Origin: Promethearchaeota archaeon
GTDB taxonomy: Archaea > Asgardarchaeota > Hermodarchaeia > Hermodarchaeales > Hermodarchaeaceae
DNA length: 37,514 bases
NCBI GenBank assembly: GCA_048939245.1
Contig: JBHLPR010000019.1
Coordinates: 1-37,514, forward strand
Direction of reading: 5' to 3'
The notes under the pieces are model-generated. The model was not told the DNA's origin. It saw only the letters and a list, made by a program, of their open reading frames with translations, and searched no databases. Below are positions 17,579-26,788 of this stretch, one piece after another (position 1 is the first letter of the stretch; each line of letters starts with the position of its first letter). The position numbers were made by a program, and so were the translations under genes.

Positions 17579-18442
17579 TTAGGCGGAGGCTGGTGTGGCT
17601 AGAATGCGATTGCTGATTGCAAACTCTAAAACATCAACAATGGCATATTCGGGGAGTCCTAAAAGGAATGCGATGGTTTTCACATCGCGTTTGCCATCTA
17701 CAAGGAAAAGCACATCTCGCGCGTAAGGACCAAATTTGTCATAGAGTGCTGTTCCAACTGGTGAACCTGTATCGAGGGCTGCAAGGAGATCTTCACCACC
17801 TTGAGGAATGAAGGTCAAATCAACACGTCCTTCTTCAGGGGCTGGTGGTAGAGGTGGTGGACCGGCTTCGGAGGGTTCAGGCGGAGGAGGTTCCATAGGT
17901 GGGGGCATGGATTCTGTGTCTGGAATTGTGGGTGGTGGAATCGGTTCTGCAGGTGGGGTTGTTGCTGGGGCTGGAGTGGGTTTTGGTGGAGGTTCTTCTG
18001 TTTTTACTTCTGAAGAGGGTGTCGGGCTAGGCTGGGGTGGAGGGACAGGAGGTGGAGTCACTGGTTTGGTTAATGGTACGGGCTTTGGTTCGGTTGACAG
18101 TGTTGGCATAGTTTCAATAATGCGGAGGTTCAGTTCGCGAAGGGCTAGCAGCGTTGCTTTGGTTTTCACTACTGCTATACCAAGGGAAAGGTTTGGTGGA
18201 AAAAGCACGGCAAGAAGCCAATTCTCGGCGATTTTAGAGATTACCACAAGACCGGCTTCAGTGTTAACAGTGAGTTGGCTAATCTGTCCTTTATACAGAC
18301 TCACAGTCTCTTTAACCATGGCTTCGGTTTCCTGGTCAAGGGTACTTTGATAGACAGTATTGTCAGGTGATATGATGCAGAAAGCTTTCACCATTCGGTC
18401 GAAACGAAGGTTGTCCAATGCCCGCTGTACTTCCTCGGCCAT
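17579..18442 (-). CDS. Roadblock-like N-domain + Pro-rich linker + C-terminal winged-helix protein
   Basis: N-terminal AFCIISPDN...LTVNTEAGLVVIS...LLAVLFPPNLSLGIA; ~85-aa P/T/E linker; VLFLVDGKRDVKTIA..LGL....IVDVL wHTH pattern. Confidence 0.75.
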   Translation of the reverse strand: MAEEVQRALDNLRFDRMVKAFCIISPDNTVYQSTLDQETEAMVKETVSLYKGQISQLTVNTEAGLVVISKIAENWLLAVLFPPNLSLGIAVVKTKATLLALRELNLRIIETMPTLSTEPKPVPLTKPVTPPPVPPPQPSPTPSSEVKTEEPPPKPTPAPATTPPAEPIPPPTIPDTESMPPPMEPPPPEPSEAGPPPLPPAPEEGRVDLTFIPQGGEDLLAALDTGSPVGTALYDKFGPYARDVLFLVDGKRDVKTIAFLLGLPEYAIVDVLEFAISNRILATPASA

Positions 18443-18522
18443 AGCTTTGTCTGTACCCCCGATTGCGCAATACTAGCTATACGGTATTTAGAATCAGCGC
18501 TCTAAAATCTTTGCGCCCTACT

Positions 18523-20286
18523 TCATTCAGTCATATTTATGTTGACTTTCTCCCCAATTTTTTCTACGAAACCAAATCCCTTTCGTTCTAATTGGATGAT
18601 TGTTCCTGTTTTTACCTCTTGAAGGGCTTTTTCACCAAGGGCTTCCAAGATTTGAAGGCTTTTTGGGTTCACATCGCCGTTTTTAAAGAGCACATCAGGG
18701 ATGAATATCTTCACTGGAATGGAACTTGGAGTTACCCATTGAACCTTCATTTCTGCTTGATCTACTGCATCTCCAGCGAAACTGCATTTTAAGGCTGTTT
18801 TTGTTTTGTGGTCAACTCGCAGATTAAAGGCGTATTTAAGGCGAAATACATCGTTCTTTCGGAGTTGCTGGGCATCCGTCCCATCAACGAACACGCGATT
18901 CTTTATTACTGCTTGACGGGTTCCTCGCTCTTTAAAATCAGGATGATATGGAAGTTCGGCTGTGAAAGGCTTAGCATCAATGATATCGACAGGCATTGGT
19001 TGCGTCACACAATAATACCGGTTTGCCAGCGGATCAACAAGCTTACGATTTATACCTAATAAGACAGACCAGTCTAAAATCGGTTGAGCCACGCTAAGAC
19101 CCACTTCTCGAGTCATTTCTTTAATTGCTTCAGGAATGATGCCTCGACGGCGAAGCGCTGGCAAAGTCGTAAGACGGATATCGTCCCATCCACTAATTAC
19201 ATTCGTTTCAATGAGTGGTCTAATTTTCCGCTTACTTACTGGGCTCCCTTCTATAGCGAACCGAGACCATTCCTGAATGAATGGCTGAGGATACTGAAAG
19301 AGGTTTCGGATATAAGTTTGAAGTTCCCCCCGGCTAGCAAATTCGTTACTTCGTAGGATGTGGCTAATCTCGTTCCGGTGGTCCTCTAAGGCATTTGCGA
19401 AATCGTAGGTGGGCCAAAGGCGGTATTTATCGCCTTGTATGGGATGAGGAAAGTCAATAATACGAAAAATATTCGGATCGCGCATTACTGCATTAGGATG
19501 TGTCATGTCGATGCGAAGGCGGCAGACAATTTCTCCTTCCGAATACTCTCCGTCAAGAATTGCCTTCCAAATATCGCGAGTTTCCTTCTTTTTGGTCTGA
19601 CGGTGCTCGCAGCTCTTTCCTGTTCGGCGATTCTCACTGATAACATCTGCTGAACACGAACAAAAATACAATTCGCCACGATCAAGTAACTTTTCAGCAT
19701 GCTCGTAGAAATAGGGCATATCGTCAGAAACGTTAAGTTCATCATCCCAATCAAGATTCATCCAACGGTACCCTTTTCTGAATGCCTCATAGTACTCCGT
19801 GTGAACGTTTCGAGGATTGGTATCCTCAAATCGAAGAATTATTCGACCATCGTATTCTCGTGCATAATACCAGTTTATGTATCCTGCATAAGCGTGTCCT
19901 ATATGGGGGTAACCACTCGGTTCAGGCGGTAACCGAGTTATCACTTGTCCCTTTTTCGCTTCCTTTAATGGGGGTAATTCTTTTACTCGTCTTTCTCTCG
20001 TTTTCTCAAGTAATTCCGGTGCCAGTACTTCAAGTTCAGAAATTTGATCATTAATTGACATCTGGTTGATTGTATTTACTGTGCGGTTCACTTTTTCAAT
20101 AATCTCTCGAGCTTGAGGACGTAAGTCGGTTCGTTCAGCGAGTAGCTTCCCAATGACAGCCTTAGCGTCAGCTTTTCCCTCAAATTTAATGGCATTGGCT
20201 AGACTATATTTGCGAATTAAATTCTGAATGACTGAGTTAATATCATCGTTCACGTGACGTCGACCTGTTTTTTCTACAATCTTCAA
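18523..20286 (-). CDS. gltX: Glutamyl-tRNA synthetase (archaeal type; likely start GTG 20253)
   Basis: RLPPEPSGYPHIGH, RFEDTNP, WPTYDFA, SHILRSNEF, VSKRK, GWDDIRL. Confidence 0.95.
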   Translation of the reverse strand: MKIVEKTGRRHVNDDINSVIQNLIRKYSLANAIKFEGKADAKAVIGKLLAERTDLRPQAREIIEKVNRTVNTINQMSINDQISELEVLAPELLEKTRERRVKELPPLKEAKKGQVITRLPPEPSGYPHIGHAYAGYINWYYAREYDGRIILRFEDTNPRNVHTEYYEAFRKGYRWMNLDWDDELNVSDDMPYFYEHAEKLLDRGELYFCSCSADVISENRRTGKSCEHRQTKKKETRDIWKAILDGEYSEGEIVCRLRIDMTHPNAVMRDPNIFRIIDFPHPIQGDKYRLWPTYDFANALEDHRNEISHILRSNEFASRGELQTYIRNLFQYPQPFIQEWSRFAIEGSPVSKRKIRPLIETNVISGWDDIRLTTLPALRRRGIIPEAIKEMTREVGLSVAQPILDWSVLLGINRKLVDPLANRYYCVTQPMPVDIIDAKPFTAELPYHPDFKERGTRQAVIKNRVFVDGTDAQQLRKNDVFRLKYAFNLRVDHKTKTALKCSFAGDAVDQAEMKVQWVTPSSIPVKIFIPDVLFKNGDVNPKSLQILEALGEKALQEVKTGTIIQLERKGFGFVEKIGEKVNINMTE

Positions 20287-20300
20287 ATCATGGGAGACAC

Positions 20301-20909
20301 TTATGCTTTTTGTGACAGTGAAGGGAGCTGTTTTTTCTCCATTATTTTATGTATTAGTTGCGGATCGAGGGTTCGAAGCCAGGAGGTTTTACCCACCGAA
20401 TATTGGTCACCTTTACCAGAGAGAATTGATTCTATTGCGGTAACAACTTCATCGGTCGTCGCATTGGTTGTATCAATTTCAAAGATTCTATGGCGACTAA
20501 TCTTTGCCAGTCCTTGGGAGGTGCATTCACCAAGGATTTCAGCTTGAATGTTTTCCAAAATCTTCTTTGATGACCAATTGCGCTCAGCTAATCTCCTGAT
20601 AAGTGTCAATGGGTGGCAACGAAGAACCACTAACACTCTCAAGAACTCCTTCGGAACTAAATCGGCGAAATGCCCAGTGACAACAAAGAGCTGGTCACTA
20701 TCCTGAAACTGGTTTGTCAGATATTCCTGCAACCTATCAATATCTGCAATAAGAGTTTCTCGCTCGGTATCCTCACCAAAATGAAATTGGTGATTTGTAA
20801 CAACTTGGCTCAGTTCAATAAATTTGGCATCAAGTTGATGGCTGAGAAGGTTTCCTAGCGCGGTTTTGCCTGTTCCGGGTGTGCCAGAAATGGCAATTAC
20901 ATTCTCCAT
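20301..20909 (-). CDS. AK6/Fap7-family adenylate kinase/ATPase
   Basis: ISGTPGTGKT, VLRCHP..L..RL..R.W...KI.EN..AEI. Confidence 0.88.
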   Translation of the reverse strand: MENVIAISGTPGTGKTALGNLLSHQLDAKFIELSQVVTNHQFHFGEDTERETLIADIDRLQEYLTNQFQDSDQLFVVTGHFADLVPKEFLRVLVVLRCHPLTLIRRLAERNWSSKKILENIQAEILGECTSQGLAKISRHRIFEIDTTNATTDEVVTAIESILSGKGDQYSVGKTSWLRTLDPQLIHKIMEKKQLPSLSQKA

Positions 20910-21019
20910 AGATAATCACCAATTATTCATCCATTACGATATGTGCTTAGATGAAAATGGTTGTCTCTCTGATAAGAACTCTCCCACTAAAAATGAAATG
21001 TATAGCTCCGAATTCAGCG

Positions 21020-21235
21020 CTAAGCATGAGCCGTCTGTGTTCGGAGTTCTTGACGTTTTTTCCGTTCGTAATCTTCAAGTGCGGATAATTCTCGCTGAAG
21101 GCGGATTCGATGGGTTCCACTCGATGCAGCGATTGCTTGGCGTAGCAACCGTTTTTCACGGCGTATATCCCACTGAGGAATGTTTTCGAATGGTCGTGGA
21201 TTACGACGGATGGGTTCTACACAATCAGTACTCAC
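21020..21235 (-). CDS. Small basic hypothetical protein
   Basis: 71-aa charged helical ORF co-oriented with both neighbours; no motif recognised. Confidence 0.45.
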   Translation of the reverse strand: MSTDCVEPIRRNPRPFENIPQWDIRREKRLLRQAIAASSGTHRIRLQRELSALEDYERKKRQELRTQTAHA

Positions 21236-21312
21236 TTGTTGGGCACCATACTAGAATTCCAAAAATAACTATTTAAAATAATAGAGGGTTGTGTATAAGT
21301 GAAATAAAGTGC

Positions 21313-21981
21313 TTAGGTGTCATTCGAGACCTGATAGCGGGTTCCCCGTGTGAAGCTCTTCTTTTGAACAATCATCTTCTTGACTATTAACGCATCTAGT
21401 GCAGTTCTAACACGAGCCTGTGGCCACCCTGTCGAAAGCATAATCTGTTCCCTCGAGACCTTTCCATCTTTTCGCGTGGCAATATCAAGAATTGTCGCTT
21501 CATCTTCACTGAGAAATTCATCTCGTAATCGAACTACAAGGGTTCCCTGAATTTCACTCAGCCGAATAGCCTCTTCCTTTTCAAGTCGATCAAGGGTCTT
21601 CTGCAATTCTTTTCTCGAGATTTTCCGGAATTGCTCTATTTCATGAATCCCTGAATATAAATCAGCCACAGAGATAGTAGTGCCTGAAGGTCTAATCACC
21701 TGTTCTTGAGCTAGGCTGTAAAGGACATATTCTTGCAATGTATTAGGAACTTGAACCTCAATATGAAAGTCTTCTCGGAGCTGTTCAAGTCGCGCTTCTT
21801 CATCTGTAAAAAGCTTAGATTTTGAGGGGGCTTGTCTGTCGACCTCTTCAACTCGTGCACGTAACTGTTCATCTTTAGAAGGGTCTTCAGCTGCCACTTT
21901 GGATTTTAAGCGTTTACTATATCGAGAATAAGCCTCGTCAAGGTTATTTTCTTCGGAAGGCATTGCAATTGCTCCTGGCAT
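21313..21981 (-). CDS. ESCRT-II (Vps22/Vps36, EAP30)-like tandem winged-helix protein
   Basis: GTTISVADLY...ISRKELQKTLDRL and LSEDEATILDIA..DGKVS..QI....GWPQARVRTALDAL resemble the two WH domains of Vps22/36. Confidence 0.7.
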   Translation of the reverse strand: MPGAIAMPSEENNLDEAYSRYSKRLKSKVAAEDPSKDEQLRARVEEVDRQAPSKSKLFTDEEARLEQLREDFHIEVQVPNTLQEYVLYSLAQEQVIRPSGTTISVADLYSGIHEIEQFRKISRKELQKTLDRLEKEEAIRLSEIQGTLVVRLRDEFLSEDEATILDIATRKDGKVSREQIMLSTGWPQARVRTALDALIVKKMIVQKKSFTRGTRYQVSNDT

Positions 21982-22196
21982 TTGTTCATTACCTCTAAGA
22001 AGTGCCGCACTTTTAAAGCCTCGGAGCTGCACCTTCCAGCAAAGAACTATATCAGATTTGATTGACCTTTAATTACACCTCCTTTCGATGAAGATGGTGT
22101 GAACTATCCTTAGCAATCAGACAGGTACCTGTTACTTGGAAGCGATTTACCCAAATTGTGATGAAAATAACCAGGCTACTTCATTAGATTCAATGT

Positions 22197-23579
22197 TTAC
22201 TTGATGAGAATGAATTGCCGTGATTTCGAAATCCATGTGAGTGTCTGAAGTTCAAGATCGCTTGAATCATTTGGAGGGTCTTCAATGGAATGACCCGATG
22301 TTGGGTTCGTCTCTTGCCATGCTGGGAGGCTGGGAGTCGGAATTTGTGGGTCGAATAAATTTGGAGCCATTTGATAGTACATAGTTCCGTTATCAAGACA
22401 AATTTTTGGAAATCGTATCACGATATCGGTATAATTCTTCTTTAGTCGATCAGAAATCGGTGTAAGAATCTCCAGGTCTGCTTTCGGTAAGTGTAGTTCT
22501 TGCTCTTCAACTGCACCAGTGAAACCTGATTGCAAGAAAAATTCGTTCTCAACTGTTGTGAGATCCAATAGGCAGAATGAGCTATTGGTAAAGGTCGTCA
22601 CGTTCAAATCAAAGATGTATCCCCAAGTTTGGTTCTGTGACATCGATGTGGTAATGGGGTTGGCTTGTAAACCAATATAAGTTTCATTATTAATAGTGTA
22701 ATCGCTAAAATCTTGGTCAACAATGCTCCCAACCCGGTAAACATCATGAAGGGTGATGTTTGCGAGTAATATGGTGTCATTAAATACCTGCTTGGGGAAT
22801 AGGAGATTCGACTCGCCAAAATTATAGACATTTGTACCTTCGGCTACCAGCGTATTGAAGGTGATGTTACAGTGAACAATGGTTGGAGTATTGAAGGGAA
22901 GGGTGTCATTTTCAGGATAAATATCAAAAGTGAAAGTGTACATATCTTCCATTGAGTCCGTCTGAAGCCAACTGTTGTCACTACTATTGAGGATGTAATC
23001 CCACAATAGTGAATAATACCCTCGCATTGTGGACCCCCCCCGAAACTTGCGTTCTTGGTATCCATAGAACATGTTCGGATAGATCTCATCTACACGGAAT
23101 TCGAGGCTATTTGCTCCTACCTCTGGTGGTATATAGTAAGCATTTCCGAAATAATCGTAGAAAACATATGGCTCAATCAATGTGAAATTAACTTGAGTTT
23201 GGTCGAATGTTCGGTGGATAGATACATTTAGGGGTTGGTTGCCTCCAAAAGTCCCTCCGCCATATCGGCCTACCATGAAATCGATTTGAATCTGACCTGT
23301 GTCATTAATATTAACATAGAATGTATCCTGTTGAAGCACGTATACTTCACCAGGAGATGGTAGTGGTGGCTCATATGGGGGCTGTTGAATCCACCATATC
23401 CAAATACCGCCAGTAATGATTACTGAAATGAGAACAATGACAAGACTGACTCGAATCCCTCTGGGCATTCGGCGGGTGCGTTGCCTTTCTTGGCGGTCTC
23501 GTTTCCGCTGGAGTTTCTCAGGAACTCTTTCTAGACGCTTCTGTTTTCGTTTCTTGTCCTTCCGTTGTCGTCGTGACAC
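22197..23579 (-). CDS. Type II single-pass membrane protein with large N-glycosylated extracellular domain
   Basis: Very basic R/K N-terminus, one TM helix, then a beta-rich region with many NxS/T sequons; likely GTG start at 23579. Confidence 0.78.
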   Translation of the reverse strand: MSRRQRKDKKRKQKRLERVPEKLQRKRDRQERQRTRRMPRGIRVSLVIVLISVIITGGIWIWWIQQPPYEPPLPSPGEVYVLQQDTFYVNINDTGQIQIDFMVGRYGGGTFGGNQPLNVSIHRTFDQTQVNFTLIEPYVFYDYFGNAYYIPPEVGANSLEFRVDEIYPNMFYGYQERKFRGGSTMRGYYSLLWDYILNSSDNSWLQTDSMEDMYTFTFDIYPENDTLPFNTPTIVHCNITFNTLVAEGTNVYNFGESNLLFPKQVFNDTILLANITLHDVYRVGSIVDQDFSDYTINNETYIGLQANPITTSMSQNQTWGYIFDLNVTTFTNSSFCLLDLTTVENEFFLQSGFTGAVEEQELHLPKADLEILTPISDRLKKNYTDIVIRFPKICLDNGTMYYQMAPNLFDPQIPTPSLPAWQETNPTSGHSIEDPPNDSSDLELQTLTWISKSRQFILIK

Positions 23580-23701
23580 CGCGAACAACCTACCTTTCAG
23601 GCGAGACCGTCGATTATACTTCCCGTATTTCAACCTTACGGCTACGGCTATTAACAATACTTGAATATGAGGGCTAGCTTAACAGAAAATTTAAATGACT
23701 C

Positions 23702-24115
23702 ATGGTGAACAAAAGTCGCGCTACCCAACAACCTTCCTCTGGAAAAACTATGGCGATTACCGTGTCGAAGAAGAAAACTAAACCCGAAGAAGCCTCCGAA
23801 GAGTCCACACCAGAAGTAGAAGATACAAATGATCAACCATCTGATGAGGAAGAAGATGAGATTGAAGAATCCGCCAAAATGAAAAAAGCCAAAGGAAAGA
23901 AAGTCTCGAAGGAACGCACCAAACTTTCTGTACTCCAAGCAGCTGTGCTTGAAACTATCCGCGATCGACCCCAACGTCCACGTGCCATTCAAACGATAAT
24001 TCGAGGGGCTGGTGGAGTTGAAGTCCCCAGAAATGAAATCCTTCGCTCACTAAATGAATTACGTGAAAAGGGCCTTGTTGATAAAGTTACCACAAAAGCT
24101 TGGCAGGCAAAGTAA
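23702..24115 (+). CDS. Winged-helix protein with acidic/basic disordered N-terminus
   Basis: LSVLQAAVLETI...RAIQ...EILRSLNELREKGLVDKV. Confidence 0.75.
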   Translation: MVNKSRATQQPSSGKTMAITVSKKKTKPEEASEESTPEVEDTNDQPSDEEEDEIEESAKMKKAKGKKVSKERTKLSVLQAAVLETIRDRPQRPRAIQTIIRGAGGVEVPRNEILRSLNELREKGLVDKVTTKAWQAK

Positions 24116-24135
24116 CCAGACCTTGTGGCTACAAA

Positions 24136-25677
24136 TTAACGCCCTTTTAATTCTGATAAAGCTCGCTCCGCGATGTTCATAGCTTTCTGATATTTCTTTT
24201 CAGTTTTTTTCAATTCCACTTCAAGTTCACGTAGACGGACTTTGAGTTGATTATTCTCTTCTCGTAGATCGTGGAGTTTCTTTTCTGTTGCTTGAAGCTC
24301 GGACCGAAGGGCATGAAACTGTCGAGGCATCTGCCCTCCATTAGCATTTGCGGTCAACTGCTGAAAACGTTCAACGGACGCTTTGATTCGTCCAGCAAAA
24401 TCCGTACGTAATCGGATTCGGCGTTTCTCTAATTCTTCTAAGGTCTGTTTTTCTGCGAAGTCCAAAGGATTAAACCCGGTTGCGCCGTGAGTGGTTTCGC
24501 GGGTTCGTACATCTAGAAACACTGGAACATCAACGGCATCGCCTGCTACTATTGCTTGGCCAGTATCAAGTCGTTGAATATCTTCTGACCATTCCTTGGA
24601 TAGTCCTTCAGTACTTGAGACCGTAATGTCCACATCACGAATATCGGTTAACTGGTGGATAATCCAGGTGCCAACCTGACTTCTCACGGTTGTGTCAAGT
24701 AATTGTGGTTTTTGGGTAATCACCACTAAATTAGCTGCAAATTTCCGTCCTTCTTGTGCAAATAAGCGCATCATACCCGTTGTTGCAACTTTGCCCCGGT
24801 TTGGCGCCAATGTATGCGCTTCGTCAACGAAACAATAGAAAGGGGGAATTTCGCGATTTACGGCTGCATTATAAAGGTCATTTAGGATTTCTTGTGATAG
24901 CGCCTCTTGAATGCTTAAATCAAGGCCACGAAAATTGATTATCGTTCCTTGCCCAGAGACAACTAAATCCTTCGGGTGTGTACCAAGGAGTGCTTCAATT
25001 GGTAGATCTGCTCCCGGATTAGCATGCAAATCTGCAAATTCAATAACACTCAACTCATAGCTGCGGGGTTCCACTCCAAAACGGTCGCTCCCTGATTCCG
25101 CAGGAATCTTTAAACTCGAATACTCTCCATGCCGATCAAGTATTACAATGGGTATCCCTTTTTTCAGAAATTCTTCCATGATTACAGCTGTTGTATAGCT
25201 TTTCCCACTCCCGGTTTTGCCAACAACAAATAATCGTCCCAGCCGTTTCACAGGCAAACGAACAGGAACCTTTTTTCCAGAAATGTGACCCGTATAGGCC
25301 CCCTCATCGAGAGGAATATCAATACCTAAAGCTGCACTGACTGTGCGCGGAGTTGCCTTATACACCATCATCTCTGGGTTAAAAGGGGTTCGAGGCATTG
25401 AACCAACAACACTGCACTGTCCCAGCGTTTTTCCTCTTTCTCGCCAAAGCTCCTTACAAAGGAGTAGGTATTCTTCACCCTGATGATTAATAGAAAGAAA
25501 ATCATTTCGACCCACCTCTCCTTGTTTAATTACCCGGATTTTCAGGGTGTGTGTAGTTGTCTTACCAACGAGTTCAGCTACTGGTTCAATTTGTTTGGAA
25601 TCCATTGAGGTTGAAGCAAGGTCATCTTGCTCAGTAGTTTTCTCTGACTTTTCATCAGGTGGATCCGTATTCATCAT
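24136..25677 (-). CDS. HerA/FtsK-family ATPase with C-terminal coiled coil
   Basis: GKTGSGKS, ILDRHGEY, FVDEAH, EGRKF, ITQKPQ, RETTHGA; C-terminal heptad repeats; ATG with GAGGT SD. Confidence 0.88.
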   Translation of the reverse strand: MMNTDPPDEKSEKTTEQDDLASTSMDSKQIEPVAELVGKTTTHTLKIRVIKQGEVGRNDFLSINHQGEEYLLLCKELWRERGKTLGQCSVVGSMPRTPFNPEMMVYKATPRTVSAALGIDIPLDEGAYTGHISGKKVPVRLPVKRLGRLFVVGKTGSGKSYTTAVIMEEFLKKGIPIVILDRHGEYSSLKIPAESGSDRFGVEPRSYELSVIEFADLHANPGADLPIEALLGTHPKDLVVSGQGTIINFRGLDLSIQEALSQEILNDLYNAAVNREIPPFYCFVDEAHTLAPNRGKVATTGMMRLFAQEGRKFAANLVVITQKPQLLDTTVRSQVGTWIIHQLTDIRDVDITVSSTEGLSKEWSEDIQRLDTGQAIVAGDAVDVPVFLDVRTRETTHGATGFNPLDFAEKQTLEELEKRRIRLRTDFAGRIKASVERFQQLTANANGGQMPRQFHALRSELQATEKKLHDLREENNQLKVRLRELEVELKKTEKKYQKAMNIAERALSELKGR

Positions 25678-25892
25678 GAATACCTCGCGCGTGTAAAGCC
25701 TTTGAAAGCACGCCCTTATAGACTTCGCGTGTGTCATTATCAGGACATTCGTAAGACAATTTTTTCGAATCAACTCGTGTCTTGTTCATTTTCCCTTGCA
25801 TTATATACCCCAAGTGCCTGTTCTCAATCGATTCATTAATCCATCAGAACACTTTTTTCCTCTTCAACCACAGTTGGTAGGAGGGTTCTACC

Positions 25893-26531
25893 GTGTCAAC
25901 AGAGATATCTATCGGGGAATTATCACCTAGTCTAGCCTTTGGGGCTGCGTATTTCTGTATTTCATCAATTGGTACTCGGTTAACAAATATCGCTGAAACT
26001 TATACTGAAGAAGGATTCTTCGGCACTGCAACCGTTTCCTTTCGCATGCCTAGCAACAAGGAGCGACTCGAAGTAACACTCCTGGTCGATTCTAAAAAAC
26101 CGCTTATCCAACTCGATATTACCGGAGGAGAGGATGAAAAGCGTCCTGATTATCTCAGCGAAATTGCTCAACGAATTACCGAAACACTTGAACAATTTAG
26201 CAGCGTTCCCGGAGTCAAACTTTCGCATGCTTCGAAGGCTGTGGTCGTTGAACGCAAAATCGATGAGGCTCTTAACCAGCTTCTCACAAGGCCTGATTTC
26301 CAAAAGGTGTATGTCCAAATAGCTGATGCACGGGAACGTCTCATTCGAATCGGTGGGGACTTCCAGCCTGCAACACTCGAAATGAGCTCCGTTCTCACCC
26401 CACTAGCTGGGAAAACCGGCACAATCCCTGAAGAGGATCGTGAAGAACTTGCTCTAAATTTACTCCACTGGAAAAAACAAATTAAAAAAGTCGTCAATCA
26501 ACTGACAACCGAAACTGACGACGAGCACTAA
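25893..26531 (+). CDS. Hypothetical protein
   Basis: 212-aa ORF with GGAGAGGG SD; alpha/beta N-half and helical C-half. Confidence 0.72.
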   Translation: MSTEISIGELSPSLAFGAAYFCISSIGTRLTNIAETYTEEGFFGTATVSFRMPSNKERLEVTLLVDSKKPLIQLDITGGEDEKRPDYLSEIAQRITETLEQFSSVPGVKLSHASKAVVVERKIDEALNQLLTRPDFQKVYVQIADARERLIRIGGDFQPATLEMSSVLTPLAGKTGTIPEEDREELALNLLHWKKQIKKVVNQLTTETDDEH

Positions 26532-26542
26532 CTCAATATGGA

Positions 26543-26767
26543 CTAAACGCCATACCGCCACTTATCCACTTTCTTATCCTTTTTCGTCTGTTTTTTGTAC
26601 TCCCTATAGTGCTTCTGGCATAAGTAAATTCGGCGTGCCCGGTCGTCATCGAAGACTACGCCCGTGGATTGTAATGCTTCTCGAGCTTTGTCCGCTGTAA
26701 GTGATCGAGTAGCTTTCTCATTACAACCCCTCACGCTGCAAACCGTACCCTGCTTCACTTTACCCAT
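26543..26767 (-). CDS. Small conserved archaeal Zn-binding basic protein
   Basis: CSVRGC...RSL...YLCQKHYREYKK...KWR (C-C-C-H ligand set). Confidence 0.78.
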   Translation of the reverse strand: MGKVKQGTVCSVRGCNEKATRSLTADKAREALQSTGVVFDDDRARRIYLCQKHYREYKKQTKKDKKVDKWRYGV

Positions 26768-26788
26768 CCAGCTACACCACGTTCACTT

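Noticed and set aside
17808-18350. Gly-rich 180-aa plus-strand ORF
   Set aside because: Antisense of the polyproline linker of 17579-18442.
20866-21276. 136-aa plus-strand ORF and 70-aa minus-strand ORF (20947-21159)
   Set aside because: Overlap more plausible minus-strand genes and show no motifs; 21020-21235 is kept at low confidence.
22075-22133. Small hairpin ACACC...GGTGT and palindrome ACAGGTACCTGT as a SECIS or regulatory RNA
   Set aside because: Short and within chance expectation; no in-frame TGA selenoprotein candidate found nearby.
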